Source: Octopus sinensis
Taxonomy: Eukaryota
Length of the DNA stretch: 64,000 bases
Assembly (NCBI RefSeq): GCF_006345805.1
Contig: NC_043011.1
Coordinates: 5,332,001 to 5,396,000, forward strand
Direction of reading: 5' to 3'
The notes below the pieces were generated by a model. It was not told the DNA's origin. It saw nothing but the letters and a program-made list of their open reading frames with translations, and made no database searches. Positions 63,431 through 64,000 of this stretch are shown here, piece after piece; positions within the stretch are counted from its first letter, which is position 1; each line of letters starts with the position of its first letter. The position numbers and the translations under genes were made by a program.

Positions 63431-64000
63431 TTTTAATATGTATGAGGTATTAACTTTTTTATTATTAAGGTGGTGAGCAAGCAGAATCGTTCGCATGGCG
63501 GGCGAAATTTGTTGTTAAATCGAGTATTGTGTCCCACTATGCCTCAAAGTTAGCAGTTCATCAAGCAGAGACCTATAAAATAAATGCCAGATTGAAATAC
63601 GTGCTGAGATAAGTATGATCAATTAAATATTTGAAGGTGACACCCCATCATGGCGACAGTCAAAAGAGTAAACCCAGTAAAATAATGTTTAAAGACTTAA
63701 TGACTTCGAATTTAAGGTAATGGATTACTAACCACAAGATAATGAGTTCAAAACTTCGCTTTGGACTTTCTCGCTCCTTACGACAACACTATATGCGCAT
63801 CTCAGTCTATTTGACTTCCGACAATTAGCAATTGTAATTTGAATGATTAGCAGTAAGAAAGATGTCCAAATTTCTTTAAGAATTATTCTGAAAAATATTC
63901 TGAGAAAGAGTATTTTTTCACCACAACAAAACATATAGTAGCTACATGTAGTAGCTCAAGTTACCACGGAGATACCTCTGTGTGTGTGTGTGTATGTGTG

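Noticed and set aside
1-64000. CRISPR arrays, rRNA genes, prokaryotic operons, LTR retrotransposon gag-pol
   Set aside because: No repeat-spacer arrays, rRNA-like sequence, gene-dense stretches or integrase/protease motifs seen

Overview
AT-rich eukaryotic (animal) genomic DNA made almost entirely of transposable-element debris and microsatellites. The tRNA-derived SINE families and repeat landscape look like Octopus/cephalopod DNA (recognised from memory, not database-checked). No host protein-coding gene can be called with confidence; most listed ORFs are microsatellite or SINE read-throughs. Recognisable coding remnants are all from mobile elements: I/Jockey-like, RTE, CR1, L1/Tx1 and R4/Dong (restriction-like endonuclease) LINEs, three kinds of Penelope-like element (PLE), Tc1/mariner, pogo, Mutator and Helitron. 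Main observations: (1) three near-canonical minimal hammerhead ribozymes with palindromic stem III, all on the minus strand, plus several decayed ones; (2) a 3.2 kb, extremely AT-rich element carrying only a Naiad/Chlamys-type GIY-YIG endonuclease (no RT), a hammerhead and a perfect 54-bp terminal inverted repeat; (3) a (TAA)n-targeting set: Dong-like LINEs plus a non-coding ~550-bp element present three times, nested inside a Penelope pseudo-LTR; (4) a 53.4-kb-spaced duplication with two sharply different identity tiers; (5) modular and dimeric SINEs. Element boundaries were read by eye and are approximate unless a TSD or terminal motif is quoted.
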